Source: an uncultured Alphaproteobacteria bacterium
Lineage (GTDB): Bacteria > Pseudomonadota > Alphaproteobacteria > CAAHEQ01 > UBA3637
DNA: 64,000 nucleotides
Assembly: GCA_949292205.1 (NCBI GenBank)
Contig: CASEYR010000001.1
Location: 155,530 to 219,529 of the forward strand
Direction: 5' to 3'
The notes beneath the pieces were generated by a model that saw only the letters and a list, made by a program, of their open reading frames with translations, made no database searches and was not told the origin of the DNA. The stretch's first letter is position 1. Every line of letters begins with the position of its first letter. This document shows positions 49,125 to 60,050 of the stretch, one piece after another. The position numbers were made by a program, and so were the translations under genes.

Positions 49125-50335
49125 AAACGAAGAGCCTCAATCGGATCTAGTTTCATTGCTTTAAACGCCGGCATCAAACCGGAAACAATACCGACAATAA
49201 CGGCAACCGAAACAGAAATAATAACAGACCAAACAGAAATCGGGACTTCTCGCCCAAAATAATAGCCTCCAATTTGAGACAAAATAACTCCCAGAAACAT
49301 GCCAACGAAACTACCGATAAACGAAATCAAAATAGATTCTGCTAAAAATTGAAACATAATCCATTTATTCGGAGCTCCTAAAGCTTTACGTGTGCCAATC
49401 TCTCGGGTTCTTTCCGTTACGGAAACAAGCATCATATTCATAATACCGATACTACCGACAATCAAAGAAATAGAAGCTATCGCCGCTAACAACAACGACA
49501 AAATCAATCCAACACTACGCACCTTTTCAACCATTTCAGTCATTAAACGAACCGTAAAATCATTATCTGTTCCTTCTTTTAATCGATGACGCGCACGCAA
49601 TTGATACTCTATCCGATTGGCAACAGATTCCATACGATCTTCACTGGTCACCTTAACAAAAGCAACATTTGAATAGTTAGGACGCGGAGAACTCCTTAAT
49701 CGCTGACGCAATGTCGTTGCCGGTGTTAAAATAATGTTATCTTGATCATCCCCCATCAAACCGTCCCCTTTCTCACGAAGAGTCCCGATAACGGTAAAAG
49801 GTTGTCCTTTTAAGCGTATCGTCTTTCCTATCGGATTTTGAAGTCCAAATAATTCATCTACTATCGTTTGCCCGATAACAACATATGGACGACCGCTTTT
49901 CAAATCTCGCTCGCTAAACATAATACCGTCTTCAATCTCCCAGTTGCCAACGGTCAAGTATTCCGGTGTCGTACCATAAACATTAACACCATAGTTATTG
50001 GAGCCATAAACAGCTTGAACCGCTGCATTCACAATATACGAAGCGGTTTCTATATCTTTTAATGAACGTAAAGATTCCACATCATCAAAACTGACACTGG
50101 GGCGTCCTCGCCCACCACGAACACCCCCACTGACCGTCTCGCCGGGTCCGATAATAATTAAGTTTGTTCCCATGGAATCAAAGGTTTTTGTAATCTCGTT
50201 TTGAACCGTTTGTCCGGCAGCTACCATCAAAACTACGGCAGCAACACCAATCATAATACCCAACATCGTCAAAAATGTCCGCATCTTATAGGCGGTAATG
50301 GATATCCATGCTTCACGTAAAATCTGACCGATCAT
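49118..50335 (-). CDS. ABC transporter permease, MacB/FtsX-like
   Basis: N-terminal TM, large periplasmic domain, C-terminal FtsX-like 3-TM bundle. Confidence 0.8.
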   Translation of the reverse strand: MIGQILREAWISITAYKMRTFLTMLGIMIGVAAVVLMVAAGQTVQNEITKTFDSMGTNLIIIGPGETVSGGVRGGRGRPSVSFDDVESLRSLKDIETASYIVNAAVQAVYGSNNYGVNVYGTTPEYLTVGNWEIEDGIMFSERDLKSGRPYVVIGQTIVDELFGLQNPIGKTIRLKGQPFTVIGTLREKGDGLMGDDQDNIILTPATTLRQRLRSSPRPNYSNVAFVKVTSEDRMESVANRIEYQLRARHRLKEGTDNDFTVRLMTEMVEKVRSVGLILSLLLAAIASISLIVGSIGIMNMMLVSVTERTREIGTRKALGAPNKWIMFQFLAESILISFIGSFVGMFLGVILSQIGGYYFGREVPISVWSVIISVSVAVIVGIVSGLMPAFKAMKLDPIEALRFQ

Positions 50336-51066
50336 TCTTCATCCTTTTGATATTCTGTACGCAACCCATCATAGATTTTTTGACCATCTCCGATCTTTAT
50401 CATCCTTTTTGCATAATCAGCAACATCATCTTCATGGGTAACTAATACAATCGTAATTCCTTGCTTGTTTAAATCCGTAAACAAATCCATAATCTCGTCC
50501 GATGTCTTACTATCCAAGTTACCGGTCGGCTCGTCAGCAAAAATAATCTTCGGATTATTTATCAAAGCTCGAGCAATAGCTACCCGTTGCTGCATACCTC
50601 CCGATATCTGTGTCGGTAATCGATCTTCATAACCATTTAATTGAACTTTATGCAGCATACGAACGGCTCGTTCATACCGCTCTGCCTCTCCAACACCTTG
50701 ATAAATCAACGGCAATGAAACGTTATCTGCTATTGTTCGTTTCATTAGCAAATTAAAGTTCTGGAAAACAAAACCGATTTCTTGTCCCCGAATATTAGCC
50801 AATTCCGCATCTGTTTTATCAGAGACAGCTTTTCCTGCTAATTTATAAACACCACTTGTCGGACGATCAAGACACCCCAAGATATTCATCAGTGTTGATT
50901 TTCCAGATCCGGAATGACCCATAATTGCAACAAACTCGCCGGGCACGACATCAAAAGAAACATGCTTTAGAACCGACTGACTCATACCCCCTGGCATAAA
51001 ATATGTCTTACATATATCTTGAACTTCTATGACCGGTTCGACCGTTTGCTTCAACTTTTCCGCCAT
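50332..51066 (-). CDS. ABC transporter ATP-binding protein (MacB/LolD-type)
   Basis: Walker [10 protein letters not shown], signature [15 protein letters not shown]. Confidence 0.9.
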   Translation of the reverse strand: MAEKLKQTVEPVIEVQDICKTYFMPGGMSQSVLKHVSFDVVPGEFVAIMGHSGSGKSTLMNILGCLDRPTSGVYKLAGKAVSDKTDAELANIRGQEIGFVFQNFNLLMKRTIADNVSLPLIYQGVGEAERYERAVRMLHKVQLNGYEDRLPTQISGGMQQRVAIARALINNPKIIFADEPTGNLDSKTSDEIMDLFTDLNKQGITIVLVTHEDDVADYAKRMIKIGDGQKIYDGLRTEYQKDEE

Positions 51067-52184
51067 TACCGCTTTTTACCTCCGGAAATGTACTCGGTAA
51101 TAACTTTATCACCCTCTTTTAAACCGCTTGCAATCTCAATCCATGATGTATCAGACAAGCCCTTCGTAAAAACTGTCGGAACAATCTGACCATCCACCAA
51201 ACGATATACCATCGCTTCATTTTGCTTTAACTCTATCTTCTCTCGCGGAATGAATTGACGCACCAAAGCATTCGGCTTATACTGTAAAACTGCTGTCGGC
51301 AAGCGAGGAACTCCGTGTCTTTCTTCAATAACTATTGTTACGAAAGCCGTCATACCGGGCAACAACTTGCGTGAAGAGTTATCTACTTCAATCACAACCG
51401 TGTACATCACAACATTAGATTCTTCTGTCGGAGACAATCTGATTTGTTGAACCGTCCCATAAAATGTGTCGGTCGGGTAAGCGTCAACCGTAAAGGAAAC
51501 AGGCATCCCTGATTTAATCATACCGATATCTGCTTCGGCAATACTCGCCTCTATCTGCATCTTAGACAAATCTTCTGCTACCGTAAACAAAGTCGGTGTT
51601 TGTAAACTAGCTGCAACAGTCTGTCCTTGCTCTATTTCCTTGGATATAACCGTTCCGGAAACTGGCGATAATATCTGAGCATATCCGTAATTTTGCTCGG
51701 CCTTATTATAATCTGCTTGAGCCGTTAAAACATCGGCATCTGCTGTTGCCAGCTCAATTTCTGCTTCCTCTAGTGAGGCTTGAGCAATCAACTTATCCTT
51801 ATATAACTTTTCAATACGAGAATGATTCAGCTTAGCTATTTTCTGTTTAGCTATAGCTAAATCCAAACGAGCCTTTGCATCATTCTTGTTCTCAATTAAA
51901 ACAGAGGTATCTAATTGTGCCAATAATTGCCCTTCTTTAACCTCATCATTATAATCAGCCAAAACACGTTCCACAATACCCGAAACCTGAGTTCCGACAG
52001 AAACCGTATTAATCGGTTGAATCTTACCGGAAGCTGTCACCTCTTGTTTAATATTTCCTTTAGCAACCGCAGTCATTTCAAAATTTTTTTCTGATAAACC
52101 ACTGTCGCCAGAGCGTGTAAAATAAAATCCCAAACCACCCAAAACAACCAAAACACCTATTGTTATCCACGTTTTTTTACCCAT
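51066..52184 (-). CDS. periplasmic adaptor subunit (HlyD/MacA family)
   Basis: N-terminal anchor, coiled-coil hairpin, beta-barrel domains. Confidence 0.8.
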   Translation of the reverse strand: MGKKTWITIGVLVVLGGLGFYFTRSGDSGLSEKNFEMTAVAKGNIKQEVTASGKIQPINTVSVGTQVSGIVERVLADYNDEVKEGQLLAQLDTSVLIENKNDAKARLDLAIAKQKIAKLNHSRIEKLYKDKLIAQASLEEAEIELATADADVLTAQADYNKAEQNYGYAQILSPVSGTVISKEIEQGQTVAASLQTPTLFTVAEDLSKMQIEASIAEADIGMIKSGMPVSFTVDAYPTDTFYGTVQQIRLSPTEESNVVMYTVVIEVDNSSRKLLPGMTAFVTIVIEERHGVPRLPTAVLQYKPNALVRQFIPREKIELKQNEAMVYRLVDGQIVPTVFTKGLSDTSWIEIASGLKEGDKVITEYISGGKKR

Positions 52185-53521
52185 TAAAACCTCCCGATGG
52201 CTCGATATAAATTAGCCTTACTTGTTAATACAGAATAAAATGCCACGATGACCTGTTGTCTGGCCGTTGCCAATTGAGAACCTGCCGTCAATAATTCCAA
52301 AATACTCCCTCGACCGACTTGATAAGAAGCAAAGGCCACCCGTTCATTTTCCAAAGCACTTTCCAAAGTTTTACGACTGATATCATAAGAATCAACCGAT
52401 GTTACATAGTCCTGATAACTGCTCCAAACATCATTACGAACGGAGTCTTGGGTTTCAACAACAGACAGTGCAGCCTGGCGATATTGATACTTGGCTTTTG
52501 CGATGTTGTACATATCCGAAAAGCCATTAAATAACGGAATGGAAAGTGTTAAACCAACAGATGTTCCATATTGATATAAATTATGCTTTTTCCAATTATC
52601 ATTATATCCGGCTTCGGCACCAAAACTCAAAGAAGGCAGAGCCCCCGCCTTGGCAATATCTATCCCTTTTTGGGCGGCCGTCATATCACTTTGCTTACTT
52701 TTCAGCTCAGGACGAAGTGTCAGGGCGGTGGCCATCAGTTCCTGAACCGTCTGATCCGTTTCAAGCTTTGTAATATCTTTGTCCTTTGGAGGACGTGATA
52801 CAGAAAGAGGCGTATCCGGTGACAAGTTCAATAAAACAGCCAACGCTCCTTGTGCTTTTTTCAGTGTATTATCAGCCTGAACAACCGCCAGTCGAGATTG
52901 CTCATAGCTGGTTTTAGCCAATAATTTATCACTGGCCGACACCAAACCTAACTCAAACCGCTTAACCGACTCTTCATATGACTTCTTAAAAGAGGCCTCG
53001 CTGGTTTTTGAACTTTTTAAAACTTCTTGGGCACTTAATAAATCAAAATAGGCTTGATTAATAGCCAAAACCGTATCATGCAATGTCGCATTATACGTAA
53101 ATTGTGCCGAGTCCAAATAGGCTCGCATTTGCTCGGCTGTAGCGGTTCGTCCTCCAAAATCATAAATCAACCAAGACAAGGCTACATTACCCGAATAAGG
53201 ATGTCCCTTCTCCGAGTCCCCCTCCTCTTGTCTTGAGTAGTCTTGTGAAATACTTCCATTGACAGTTACATTTGGTAAATACGCTGATTTCGACTGTCCA
53301 TATGCCGCCTCTGACGCTTTAACAGACATATATCCTCGACTTAAAGTCGGATTATTACAAATCCCAATTTGAATTAAATCGGGCAAAGTCAACTCTCCCG
53401 TTTTTAAAGGAGTATCAATACAACCAGAGGGGGCTTCGGCTAAATAAACGGAAAACGGATCCATTTCCGCATGTGCAAATACAGAACTCATTAAACATAA
53501 GGCAAACAATATTTTTTTCAT
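52184..53521 (-). CDS. TolC-family outer membrane efflux protein
   Basis: Signal peptide; two-repeat TolC-like architecture; first gene of efflux operon. Confidence 0.8.
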   Translation of the reverse strand: MKKILFALCLMSSVFAHAEMDPFSVYLAEAPSGCIDTPLKTGELTLPDLIQIGICNNPTLSRGYMSVKASEAAYGQSKSAYLPNVTVNGSISQDYSRQEEGDSEKGHPYSGNVALSWLIYDFGGRTATAEQMRAYLDSAQFTYNATLHDTVLAINQAYFDLLSAQEVLKSSKTSEASFKKSYEESVKRFELGLVSASDKLLAKTSYEQSRLAVVQADNTLKKAQGALAVLLNLSPDTPLSVSRPPKDKDITKLETDQTVQELMATALTLRPELKSKQSDMTAAQKGIDIAKAGALPSLSFGAEAGYNDNWKKHNLYQYGTSVGLTLSIPLFNGFSDMYNIAKAKYQYRQAALSVVETQDSVRNDVWSSYQDYVTSVDSYDISRKTLESALENERVAFASYQVGRGSILELLTAGSQLATARQQVIVAFYSVLTSKANLYRAIGRF

Positions 53522-53726
53522 AGTAACACCCCGACATATTAATACCTCTTATCATAATTCAAAAAATAGAGAAGTTCAATCCATTTTACAATCGGAAAAC
53601 AAAAAAATAAAAATGTTATTGATTTTTTAAAAATTTTTCACACAAGAAAAAAAGAGAAAAAAAATATAAAAAAACATTGTATTCAATTCAGGAATTGGGT
53701 ATAAATAGCTTATAAGGAGAAAATAA

Positions 53727-54167
53727 ATGCAACAAAGTTTAAATCACAATATTCAACAGCTAACAGCTTTACTGAAAAATGCCGAAAATAAAAAACTGCT
53801 ATGGGAAGAAATGCAAATTATCTCTAAAAAAGCGTTTGAATTACAGGATGCTATTATGGCGGATTTAGATGAAATTGAAGCCTCTGAAACAGATATTACA
53901 AAAATTCAGGCTGCTTTTGCTGCTAGAGAAAGCATCTGGGATATGATGAAGCAAATTACCGATCGAGAATTAGCTTTAAGGGAAAAGACGCACCACAAAG
54001 AAACGCCTGAGGAACGTGAAAAAAGACATCAAGAAATTTTGTCTGAATCCGAAGAGCATCACTGCTGTTGCGGACACCATCATACAGAACATGAAAAGTG
54101 TGATTGCCATAATCAGGATAAAACTCAATGTTGTCAAAAAGGGAAAAAGACATGTCACAAGAAGTAA
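53727..54167 (+). CDS. hypothetical protein with His/Cys-rich C-terminal tail (putative metal-binding)
   Basis: C-terminus SEEHHCCCGHHHTEHEKCDCHNQDKTQCCQKGKKTCHKK. Confidence 0.5.
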   Translation: MQQSLNHNIQQLTALLKNAENKKLLWEEMQIISKKAFELQDAIMADLDEIEASETDITKIQAAFAARESIWDMMKQITDRELALREKTHHKETPEEREKRHQEILSESEEHHCCCGHHHTEHEKCDCHNQDKTQCCQKGKKTCHKK

Positions 54168-54400
54168 ACTCTCTATCATTTGAAGAAGCTATGACAGAGT
54201 TAGAGTCTGTCGTTCGCCAACTGGAAAGTGGAAAAATTAAGTTGGAAGAGGCTGTATCCGTTTATGAGCGTGGCGTCCTGTTGAAAAAACATTGTGAAGA
54301 AAAACTAAAACAAGCAAAATCAAAAATTGACAAGTTGATCATTGGCGAAAACAATACAATTATCGGGCGGGAGGATTTTGATGAGCAAATTGGAGACTAA
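54152..54400 (+). CDS. xseB: exodeoxyribonuclease VII small subunit
   Basis: MSQEVNSLSFEEAMTELESVVRQLESG signature; start set at the Met preceded by AAAAGGGAAAAAGAC. Confidence 0.8.
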   Translation: MSQEVNSLSFEEAMTELESVVRQLESGKIKLEEAVSVYERGVLLKKHCEEKLKQAKSKIDKLIIGENNTIIGREDFDEQIGD

Positions 54401-55268
54401 GCTTGCCGAAACACGTCAAGTTATGAATGAGTTGTTAGATAGCCTGTTGCCATTGCCGAATGGTCGCGAAAAAAGAGTTGTGGAAGCAATGCGTTATTCT
54501 GCCATCAGCACAGGTAAAGCATTAAGACCTTTTTTAACTCTGACTGTTGGTGAAATGCTGGGGACTTCAACACAAACCGCTTTAAGAATCGGTGCTGCCA
54601 TTGAATTATTGCATACTTATTCACTTATCCATGATGATTTGCCGGCCATGGATAATGATACGCTCCGTCGGGGAAGACCAACAAATCATATCCAGTTTGA
54701 CGAAGCAACGGCTATTCTAGCCGGAGATGCCCTTCAATCTTTGGCTTTTGAGGTTTTAGCCTCCCCTGAAACACATCCAGATGCAACCGTAAGAACTCGT
54801 CTGGTATCAGAATTGGCTCGCTCGGCAGGCATGAATGGTATGGTTGGTGGACAAATGCTGGATCTTATCGGAGAAACAACCGTTTTAGATCTGTCCGAAA
54901 TTGAACGGATGCAGGCTTTAAAAACCGGCGCCTTATTGTGGTTTGCGTGTATGGCACCGGCTTTAACCGTTCAAACCTCATCGGAAGAGAGAGAGGCTTT
55001 GGCTCAATATTCAAGAGCTATCGGATTACTGTTCCAAATTACGGATGATATTCTGGACGTTGAAGGTGATACTACCGCTATGGGAAAAACTCTGGGAAAA
55101 GACTCAGAGGCGCATAAATCAACTTTTGTTTCCATTTTAGGGCTGAATAAAGCTAAGTCCTTAGCGCGTAGCTTAACAGAACGAGGACTAGCAGCCATAT
55201 CCATTTTTGGAAAACGAGCAGATATGTTAGCTGAAACACTTACTTTTATCTTGGAGAGGAAACGTTAA
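54381..55268 (+). CDS. ispA: (2E,6E)-farnesyl/geranyl diphosphate synthase
   Basis: FARM LIHDDLPAMDNDTLRRGRPT and SARM DDILD; GGAGG RBS before ATG at 54381; xseB-ispA synteny. Confidence 0.85.
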   Translation: MSKLETKLAETRQVMNELLDSLLPLPNGREKRVVEAMRYSAISTGKALRPFLTLTVGEMLGTSTQTALRIGAAIELLHTYSLIHDDLPAMDNDTLRRGRPTNHIQFDEATAILAGDALQSLAFEVLASPETHPDATVRTRLVSELARSAGMNGMVGGQMLDLIGETTVLDLSEIERMQALKTGALLWFACMAPALTVQTSSEEREALAQYSRAIGLLFQITDDILDVEGDTTAMGKTLGKDSEAHKSTFVSILGLNKAKSLARSLTERGLAAISIFGKRADMLAETLTFILERKR

Positions 55269-55269
55269 A

Positions 55270-55926
55270 ATGCCAAAAATGATGACACCCTCTCAACGAA
55301 ATGATTTTTGGGAAGCCCTAAATAAGGCTTACCCGAATCCCAGATGTGAATTAAACTGGACAAATCATTTTTCCTTGTTGATGGCTATTATTTTATCAGC
55401 TCAAAGCACAGATAAAAATGTCAACAATGTCACAGCAAAACTCTTTCCGGTCGCTGATACACCCCAAAAAGTTGTTGAGCTTGGTGAAGACGGAATGAAA
55501 GTATACACCCGATCCATCAACTATTTTAATAACAAAACAAAACATATTATTCAGTTGGCTCATATTTTACTAGAGCAATATCAGGGACAAGTACCGACAG
55601 ATTTTGAAACACTGATTACTTTACCCGGTGTGGGACGAAAAACAGCCAATGTGTTCTTAAATATTGCTTTTCATGCCCCTTATATCGGTGTAGATACTCA
55701 TGTTTTTCGTACATGTCACCGCTTAAAAATATGCTCTGGAAAAACACCGGCAGAGGTAGAGGAAAAGCTTCAAAAAATCGTTCCGACATGGTATAAACCG
55801 GATGTCGCTTTGGCTTTGGTTCTACATGGTAGATATGTTTGTACGGCCAGAAATCCCAAATGTTATGAATGTCCTTTGTATGATGTCTGTTATGCTGAGG
55901 AAAAAAAGGGAAAAATAAATAAATGA
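55270..55926 (+). CDS. nth: endonuclease III
   Basis: HhH-GPD LPGVGRKTANVFLN; C-terminal 4Fe-4S C-x6-C-x2-C-x5-C. Confidence 0.9.
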   Translation: MPKMMTPSQRNDFWEALNKAYPNPRCELNWTNHFSLLMAIILSAQSTDKNVNNVTAKLFPVADTPQKVVELGEDGMKVYTRSINYFNNKTKHIIQLAHILLEQYQGQVPTDFETLITLPGVGRKTANVFLNIAFHAPYIGVDTHVFRTCHRLKICSGKTPAEVEEKLQKIVPTWYKPDVALALVLHGRYVCTARNPKCYECPLYDVCYAEEKKGKINK

Positions 55927-57491
55927 AACTAGGTCAAATTATAATATATGCCTTGTTGGCTATCATGAGCTCTAATATCGTTCTAGCTCAGGTTATGACT
56001 CCCAATGTACTTTTTAATCCGAATAATCCAAAAATTGTGGGAAAAACAACAAATATTACTTATCAAGGAACACCTGCTGTTTTAATTGAGCCGTCTCAAA
56101 AAAAAATACCCCCCACACACAATCCTGCAGAATCAATCCCTCCCCCGCAATTAACACCAAAGAATATCAACATCCCTATCAGGACACCCTTCGGTCATGA
56201 CAGAACGGCGGCTTTTATTGATCATGCAACGGATTTTTCTTTTTTAATTCAAATACTTGATAACAAAAAAATACAAATTGAAGAACAAATCCAATTTGTC
56301 AGCACAAAAGAAGGACGGATTTTTTCTCGCACTTTTCCAAAAAAAATAACCCATCCCGACGGAGATACGGTTTCCCGAGAAACTAAAATAACAAAAGCGC
56401 TGATAAATAATGTTCCTATTTCGCTAACCCAAAATGAAACAGCGGAGTTATTAACTGTTACATATGAAAAACCGCTTCCTATCGGAATTCACAGATTTAT
56501 ATTGTCCTATGTGATTGAAACAAAAACAAAACAAAATCAATCTATTTCAGACATTTTAATCGATTTAACCGGAACGGAATGGCCATTAGCAATTGAACGT
56601 TTTTCAGCTCTGGTCTTATTTCCCCAAAAAACAACCATATATCAAAAAGAGTTATTATTCGGAATTAACAATGTTTCTATTCCAGACAATGTGTTAGTTC
56701 AGGTAGATGATACCGGAAGTATTTTATATCAACTAACTCGTCCTTTACCGGCATTTGCCGATGTTCGTCTTCATATTTTAACAGATTCAAAATCACTGCC
56801 TCAAGCCAAGCTATCTTTTAAAGATTTATCATCCGCCTATGTTATCTGTGTGATTTTTAGCATTGTATTATTGCTGTATACTTTTGCTTCAATCTTTGTA
56901 TGCAAATATAAAAAATGGCAAAAACCGCTGACTAAAGCAAAAAGTATATCGCCTTTTCTATGGAAGATCGGTGCAGGATACTCGCTACCAGAACAAGATA
57001 TTATTGAAATTAAGCATATCTTAAATCAACTCAATAAAAAATCTTGGTTCATTAAGTGTGCAGAAAAAGCTTTTCAGCACGTATTATCAAAACATATCTT
57101 TCTAATCCTTTTAAAAGGAGCTGCTTTTATTCGATTTAACATTGAGTATATTATCGGTATTTTACTCCTTATCTGGGCGACAAAGTGGATTGCCGAGTAT
57201 CAAGATATCAGTCTATCCAATCATCTGATAGCGTATTTTGGACTAATCGGTTTTCTATCTGTCGGCCTGATTCACTATTTTGGGACACGTATTGAATTGA
57301 ACAGATTTAAAACTGTGTTGCAAGAAACTTTATTAAATACGCCCCAGGGATTAAATCTTTCGGTTAAAGCTATCCCAACCTATTATATACTTAGTTTATG
57401 CTTGGGATTTGGTCATGAATGGCGAGATAGGTTAATCCAGAATAATCCCAACTATATTCAACTAACTTTTTTACGAAAGGAAACAAAATGA
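55923..57491 (+). CDS. hypothetical secreted/membrane protein (signal peptide, Pro-rich segment, C-terminal TM helices)
   Basis: ORF; overlaps neighbours by 4 nt (operon). Confidence 0.4.
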   Translation: MKLGQIIIYALLAIMSSNIVLAQVMTPNVLFNPNNPKIVGKTTNITYQGTPAVLIEPSQKKIPPTHNPAESIPPPQLTPKNINIPIRTPFGHDRTAAFIDHATDFSFLIQILDNKKIQIEEQIQFVSTKEGRIFSRTFPKKITHPDGDTVSRETKITKALINNVPISLTQNETAELLTVTYEKPLPIGIHRFILSYVIETKTKQNQSISDILIDLTGTEWPLAIERFSALVLFPQKTTIYQKELLFGINNVSIPDNVLVQVDDTGSILYQLTRPLPAFADVRLHILTDSKSLPQAKLSFKDLSSAYVICVIFSIVLLLYTFASIFVCKYKKWQKPLTKAKSISPFLWKIGAGYSLPEQDIIEIKHILNQLNKKSWFIKCAEKAFQHVLSKHIFLILLKGAAFIRFNIEYIIGILLLIWATKWIAEYQDISLSNHLIAYFGLIGFLSVGLIHYFGTRIELNRFKTVLQETLLNTPQGLNLSVKAIPTYYILSLCLGFGHEWRDRLIQNNPNYIQLTFLRKETK

Positions 57492-58930
57492 GAGCGCATA
57501 TTATTTATACTTTATTGGCAACGTCCTTGTTATCTGTCCCGACTTTCGCTCAAGAAGAAACTATCGGTGTTCAAAAACAAACAAATTTGGACATTGTTAT
57601 CTATAATAATGATCGTGCTCTGGTTAAGGATACTCGTCTTGTCCCGATAAAACAGCAGATTAATAACATTGCCTTTTCTAACATTTCCGGACAAATTATT
57701 CCATCCAGTGTCTTGTTGACCGGAGCCGGCATCAAATTTTTAGAAAATAATTTCAACTACGATGTCTTGTCCTATGAATCTTTACTGCAAAAATCCATAG
57801 GAGAAACCGTAACATTGGAATATATGAACCCTAAAACAGGAAAAGCAGAAACAAGTGAAGCTGAGCTATTAGCCATTAACGGAACGAGTCCGATTTTAAA
57901 AATAAATGGAAAAATAGACAGTTCTTATCCGGGAAGAATCTTATTTAATCAAATCCCCGAAAATTTAAGAGTAAAACCAACTTTGGTTATGACAATTTCA
58001 TCGGATAAAACAGCTCAACAAAATCTAACTCTTAGCTATCTAACACGCGGTCTATCCTGGGATGCTAACTATGTGGCTCAAATGAGTCCTGATAACCAAA
58101 CCATGACATTAACCGGTTGGGTTTCCTTGACAAATAACTCGGGAACCGATTATAAAAACGCTAATCTTCAAGTCGTTGCAGGAGATGTCAACTTGGTTCC
58201 GGACTATATTGCTCGTCCCAGAATGATGATGAAGGCTAATATGGCTATGGATAGCGTTGTTATGGAAAGTGCTGCCGGAATGGCTCAAGAGAATATCGCC
58301 GACTACCATCTGTATACACTGCCACGCAAAACGGATATTTTATCGAACCAAACAAAGCAAGTTTCTTTGCTTTCTGCCGATAGTGTAAGTATTCAAAAAA
58401 CATATACTTTCGACAATCAACTACAACCATATAGTGAAGTAAAACAGGTAAAACCCCAAATTCAAATTAGTTTTATAAATACAAAACAAAATAATCTGGG
58501 GATTCCTTTACCTAGAGGTGTTATTCGTATGTATCAATCCGATAAACAAGGACAAATGATTTTCATCGGAGAAGATCGAATCAATCATACAGGAAACCTT
58601 GAAAAAGTCCGCCTGAATATGGGAACGGCTTTTGATATTTCGGCTGATGCAAAACAAATCAAGAAAAATCAAATCGCAGACAACATCACGGAAAAAACGT
58701 TTGAAATTACTTTGAAAAACGGAACAAATTCAAATGTTACCGTTGATATTATTGAAAATTTCAGAGGTGTTTGGAAAATCCTATCGGAAACGCAAAAATC
58801 ATCTAAGCCAACAGCTCATCAGGCAAAATGGACTATTTCTATTCCAAGCGAGAAAGAGGTCAAGTTGACTTATACGGTTCAGGAAAAACTACCAATGCCA
58901 AAAACAAGACCTATTGGAGTTAGTCGCTAA
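57488..58930 (+). CDS. hypothetical secreted protein
   Basis: Signal peptide MRAHIIYTLLATSLLSVPTFAQ. Confidence 0.4.
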   Translation: MRAHIIYTLLATSLLSVPTFAQEETIGVQKQTNLDIVIYNNDRALVKDTRLVPIKQQINNIAFSNISGQIIPSSVLLTGAGIKFLENNFNYDVLSYESLLQKSIGETVTLEYMNPKTGKAETSEAELLAINGTSPILKINGKIDSSYPGRILFNQIPENLRVKPTLVMTISSDKTAQQNLTLSYLTRGLSWDANYVAQMSPDNQTMTLTGWVSLTNNSGTDYKNANLQVVAGDVNLVPDYIARPRMMMKANMAMDSVVMESAAGMAQENIADYHLYTLPRKTDILSNQTKQVSLLSADSVSIQKTYTFDNQLQPYSEVKQVKPQIQISFINTKQNNLGIPLPRGVIRMYQSDKQGQMIFIGEDRINHTGNLEKVRLNMGTAFDISADAKQIKKNQIADNITEKTFEITLKNGTNSNVTVDIIENFRGVWKILSETQKSSKPTAHQAKWTISIPSEKEVKLTYTVQEKLPMPKTRPIGVSR

Positions 58931-60030
58931 TGCCGAAGTCAATTCTTTATTTATTTATTACAGGAGTTGGATTGCTGATAAACCAATCTGCAACTGCGAA
59001 AGAATCTGCGGTCCAAGCTTTAATTCAACATATTATCAATAATCAACCGATTTCGGCTGATTTATTGGTTAAAGCAACAAATGAAAAGGAGCAACCGGAA
59101 AAAAAAATTGATGCTTTTTTGGCTTCTTTACTCAAAATACCTTTTCAACAACGACAATATGTTTTTCCGGCTATTTTTGAATCTCCATTTATTCCGAAAA
59201 AGGTTAGGACTCATCCGGAAGTAGTAATTTGGAAAGGTGCCGTTCCAACAAATATCGCCCCACAACTTTCTGATTTTTCAAAAAAATATCTATATGACTT
59301 AAATCCTCGTCTATATATTTTATTATCGCCGGATGCATATAAAATACCCGATCAAGAAAATAATTTAAACAATCTTAAATTATCCGAAAAAGTCAAAAAA
59401 CTAGAACCTTCTGAAATTGGATCATTTAATGGATACAAACCTATTGAAACGTATTTTAAACTACCTAAAGCAATACTTAAAAATCCACAAAAAGGAGAGT
59501 TATCATCAGAATCAATAAGACAACTAGCAAATGGGTTTCAAACACTTAATCTCTTTTTGACAACAAGAGCCGACGCCAAACAATTTCAAAGATCGTTAAG
59601 CTTGTTGGAAACTTTTTACTCTGACCCTGAACAAAACCGAATCAATCCGATACAATCTTTAGTTGACAGAATACGACTATTAAAACAGGGCGATGAGTTG
59701 GAAGCTTTATTTGCAAAATCTTCTTGGAAAAATGCCGATGAATTCGCCAAAACGGCAGATACTGTAGCTAAAGCCTACCGCGTTCATTTTTTGAGTCTGC
59801 CTATGGCTTTTGCCTTTCAAAAAATAAAAGGGAAACAAGAACCTATGAGCTATGCGGAACGTGTTCTTTTGACAACGGCACTGATGCATGAGGCTCTTCC
59901 CGCCGATGTTCGCTTGACAGAAAAATATTTAAGTGACATTTATAACACTTTTTCTCAAGCTGGATATGGATCTGTCTTAATGCCGGTTTCAGTTGACTTG
60001 GAATCAGAAATGACGTATATTAACCAGTAG
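58930..60030 (+). CDS. hypothetical secreted protein
   Basis: Signal peptide; start overlaps previous stop. Confidence 0.4.
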   Translation: MPKSILYLFITGVGLLINQSATAKESAVQALIQHIINNQPISADLLVKATNEKEQPEKKIDAFLASLLKIPFQQRQYVFPAIFESPFIPKKVRTHPEVVIWKGAVPTNIAPQLSDFSKKYLYDLNPRLYILLSPDAYKIPDQENNLNNLKLSEKVKKLEPSEIGSFNGYKPIETYFKLPKAILKNPQKGELSSESIRQLANGFQTLNLFLTTRADAKQFQRSLSLLETFYSDPEQNRINPIQSLVDRIRLLKQGDELEALFAKSSWKNADEFAKTADTVAKAYRVHFLSLPMAFAFQKIKGKQEPMSYAERVLLTTALMHEALPADVRLTEKYLSDIYNTFSQAGYGSVLMPVSVDLESEMTYINQ

Positions 60031-60050
60031 GATATAAAAGGAGTGATTAT

